36,047 bases of DNA from a virus (Duplodnaviria > Caudoviricetes), in IMG/VR virus record IMGVR_UViG_3300028594_000178, positions 1 through 36,047 of that record. One strand, given 5' to 3'. The position numbers and the translations under genes were made by a program. Positions 34,424 through 36,047 of this stretch are shown here, piece by piece (the stretch's first letter is position 1; the number at the start of each line of letters is the position of its first letter). Below the pieces are notes generated by a model. That model had not been told where the DNA came from. It made no database searches and saw nothing but the letters and a program-made list of their open reading frames with translations.

Positions 34424-36047
34424 AGATACAATCAGGCGATTACTTTCTTACTTGGGTCGTTACAAGAAGGTGCTCGCGGCATCGGTTGTTTTTACTGTCT
34501 TAGTTACGATTATCCAAGTCTCTACACCGGTCGTTTTAGGACAAGTATTCAACCATTTACAAGTAACACTGGCAAATAACGAAGCGATCGACATGGACTA
34601 TGTTATAAGACTTATTGTTATTTTAATTCTTATGTATGTCTTTTTGGGTGTCTTCGACATTATTAAAGAAAGAAGTTTAGTTTATTTGTCGCAAACGCTG
34701 ACCCGCGATATGCGTGAGGATGTTTCAAAAAAAGTTGAAAAAATTCCATTAATTTATTTTGATCAGCAATCCACTGGGGATTTAATCTCACGAACGACCA
34801 ATGATATCGCAAAAATTGGCGACAATATTCAAACGTCAGTGAGTCAAATTTTCAACGCTTTACTTTTAGTCGCGGGCGTTGTGACGATGATGTTTATCAT
34901 TTCTTGGGAATTGGCTCTCGTCTTTCTGGCAACAGTTCCTTTAAACTTTATCGCGGTTCGTTTCATCACCCATAATACGCGATCATTTTTCCAAAACAAG
35001 TCGAAGCGACTTGGAAATATGGTCGGCTATGTGGAAGAGAATTACACCGGGACGGACTTGATCAAGGCGTATAATTACATGGATGAGGCCAATGCTGAAT
35101 TCGGACAAATTAACAGTAAGTTATATGATGTGTCGTGGCGGGCTTCCTTCTTTTCAGGGATTCTACTGCCGATTATGACTTTTATTGGAAATCTGGCGTA
35201 TGTTTTAATCGCAATCGTTGGATCAATTTTAGTCATCGGCGGACGTGTGATGATTGGTGATATTTTGGCGTTTATTCAATACTCGCAGCAAATCAGACGG
35301 CCGATCGAATCGATCGCAGAAATGGCCAACACCTTACAAGAAACATTAGCTTCTTCGGAGCGCGTTTTTGAGTTCCTTGATGCGCCTGAAGAAGTCGAAT
35401 CGACCGAAAATGAGTTGTCTTCACCGATCCAAAGTATCGTCTTCGATAATATCTCGTTTGCTTATGAAGAAGGGGAGCCGGTTATTCAGCAGCTTGATTT
35501 ATCTGTTGAAAGAAATGATACCATCGCAATTGTCGGAAAGACAGGCGCAGGAAAATCAACTTTAATGAACTTATTGTTGCGCTACTATGATGTGACGGAT
35601 GGTCAGATACTTGTGAACGGAATAAATATCAACACAGTTCCAAGAGAAAATTTACGGTCATTTATGGGTGTGGTGCTGCAAAATCCATGGCTGATTAACG
35701 GGACGATTAAAGAAAATATTCAGTATGGAAATCCGCTTGCTACGGATGCAGAAGTGATTCAAGCGGCGAAAGATGCCCATGCGCATCATTTTATAGAAAC
35801 ATTGCCTGATGGCTATGACACGGTGATTAATGAAGAGGGCTCTAATATTAGTCAGGGTCAAAAGCAGTTAATAACAATTGCGCGCGCCTTTGTTTCCGAT
35901 CCTGAGATTTTAATCTTAGACGAAGCCACTTCTTCAGTTGATACGCGGACCGAACAGCTCATTCAAAATGGGATGGCTACTTTAATGGAAGGGGAACATC
36001 GAGCCGAAAATTGCTGGGGAGATGGAAGTCCAGCGAAATCGGGAAGC
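34413..36047 (+). CDS. ABC exporter subunit 2 (no stop in the window; absent from the ORF track)
   Basis: RBS AGGAGG, MTFKDTIRRLL...; GKTGAGKST, ISQGQKQL, ILDEATSSVD; family similarity is lost after ~35993. Confidence 0.9.
   Translation, partial: MTFKDTIRRLLSYLGRYKKVLAASVVFTVLVTIIQVSTPVVLGQVFNHLQVTLANNEAIDMDYVIRLIVILILMYVFLGVFDIIKERSLVYLSQTLTRDMREDVSKKVEKIPLIYFDQQSTGDLISRTTNDIAKIGDNIQTSVSQIFNALLLVAGVVTMMFIISWELALVFLATVPLNFIAVRFITHNTRSFFQNKSKRLGNMVGYVEENYTGTDLIKAYNYMDEANAEFGQINSKLYDVSWRASFFSGILLPIMTFIGNLAYVLIAIVGSILVIGGRVMIGDILAFIQYSQQIRRPIESIAEMANTLQETLASSERVFEFLDAPEEVESTENELSSPIQSIVFDNISFAYEEGEPVIQQLDLSVERNDTIAIVGKTGAGKSTLMNLLLRYYDVTDGQILVNGININTVPRENLRSFMGVVLQNPWLINGTIKENIQYGNPLATDAEVIQAAKDAHAHHFIETLPDGYDTVINEEGSNISQGQKQLITIARAFVSDPEILILDEATSSVDTRTEQLIQNGMATLMEGEHRAENCWGDGSPAKSGS

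Overview
Positions 1 to ~30175 are a temperate Bacillaceae-type siphophage read in virion order: repressor C-terminus, large serine integrase, an apparently intact attP, an accessory region (FtsK/replication-relaxation operon, small regulons), then lysis, tail, head and terminase genes on the minus strand. Just upstream of terS, where cos is expected, the phage joins the middle of a bacterial DHFR-family gene. A GNAT gene, a PPK2 gene and an ABC exporter pair follow. The main finding is a candidate split-Fn3 virion decoration and glycosylation system. The major capsid and major tail genes both end in the +1 frameshift signal CCC-UAA, and each +1 frame adds only the first two strands of a fibronectin type III domain. 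A separate small gene supplies the remaining Fn3 strands fused to a poly-Thr tail and is followed by a DxD glycosyltransferase. Also notable are a Com-like zinc finger with an RBS-occluding hairpin before the tape measure gene, a sigmaE-like promoter ahead of the FtsK operon, and two genes between terL and portal that share an N-terminal peptide. All calls come from reading the sequence by eye; no searches were run.
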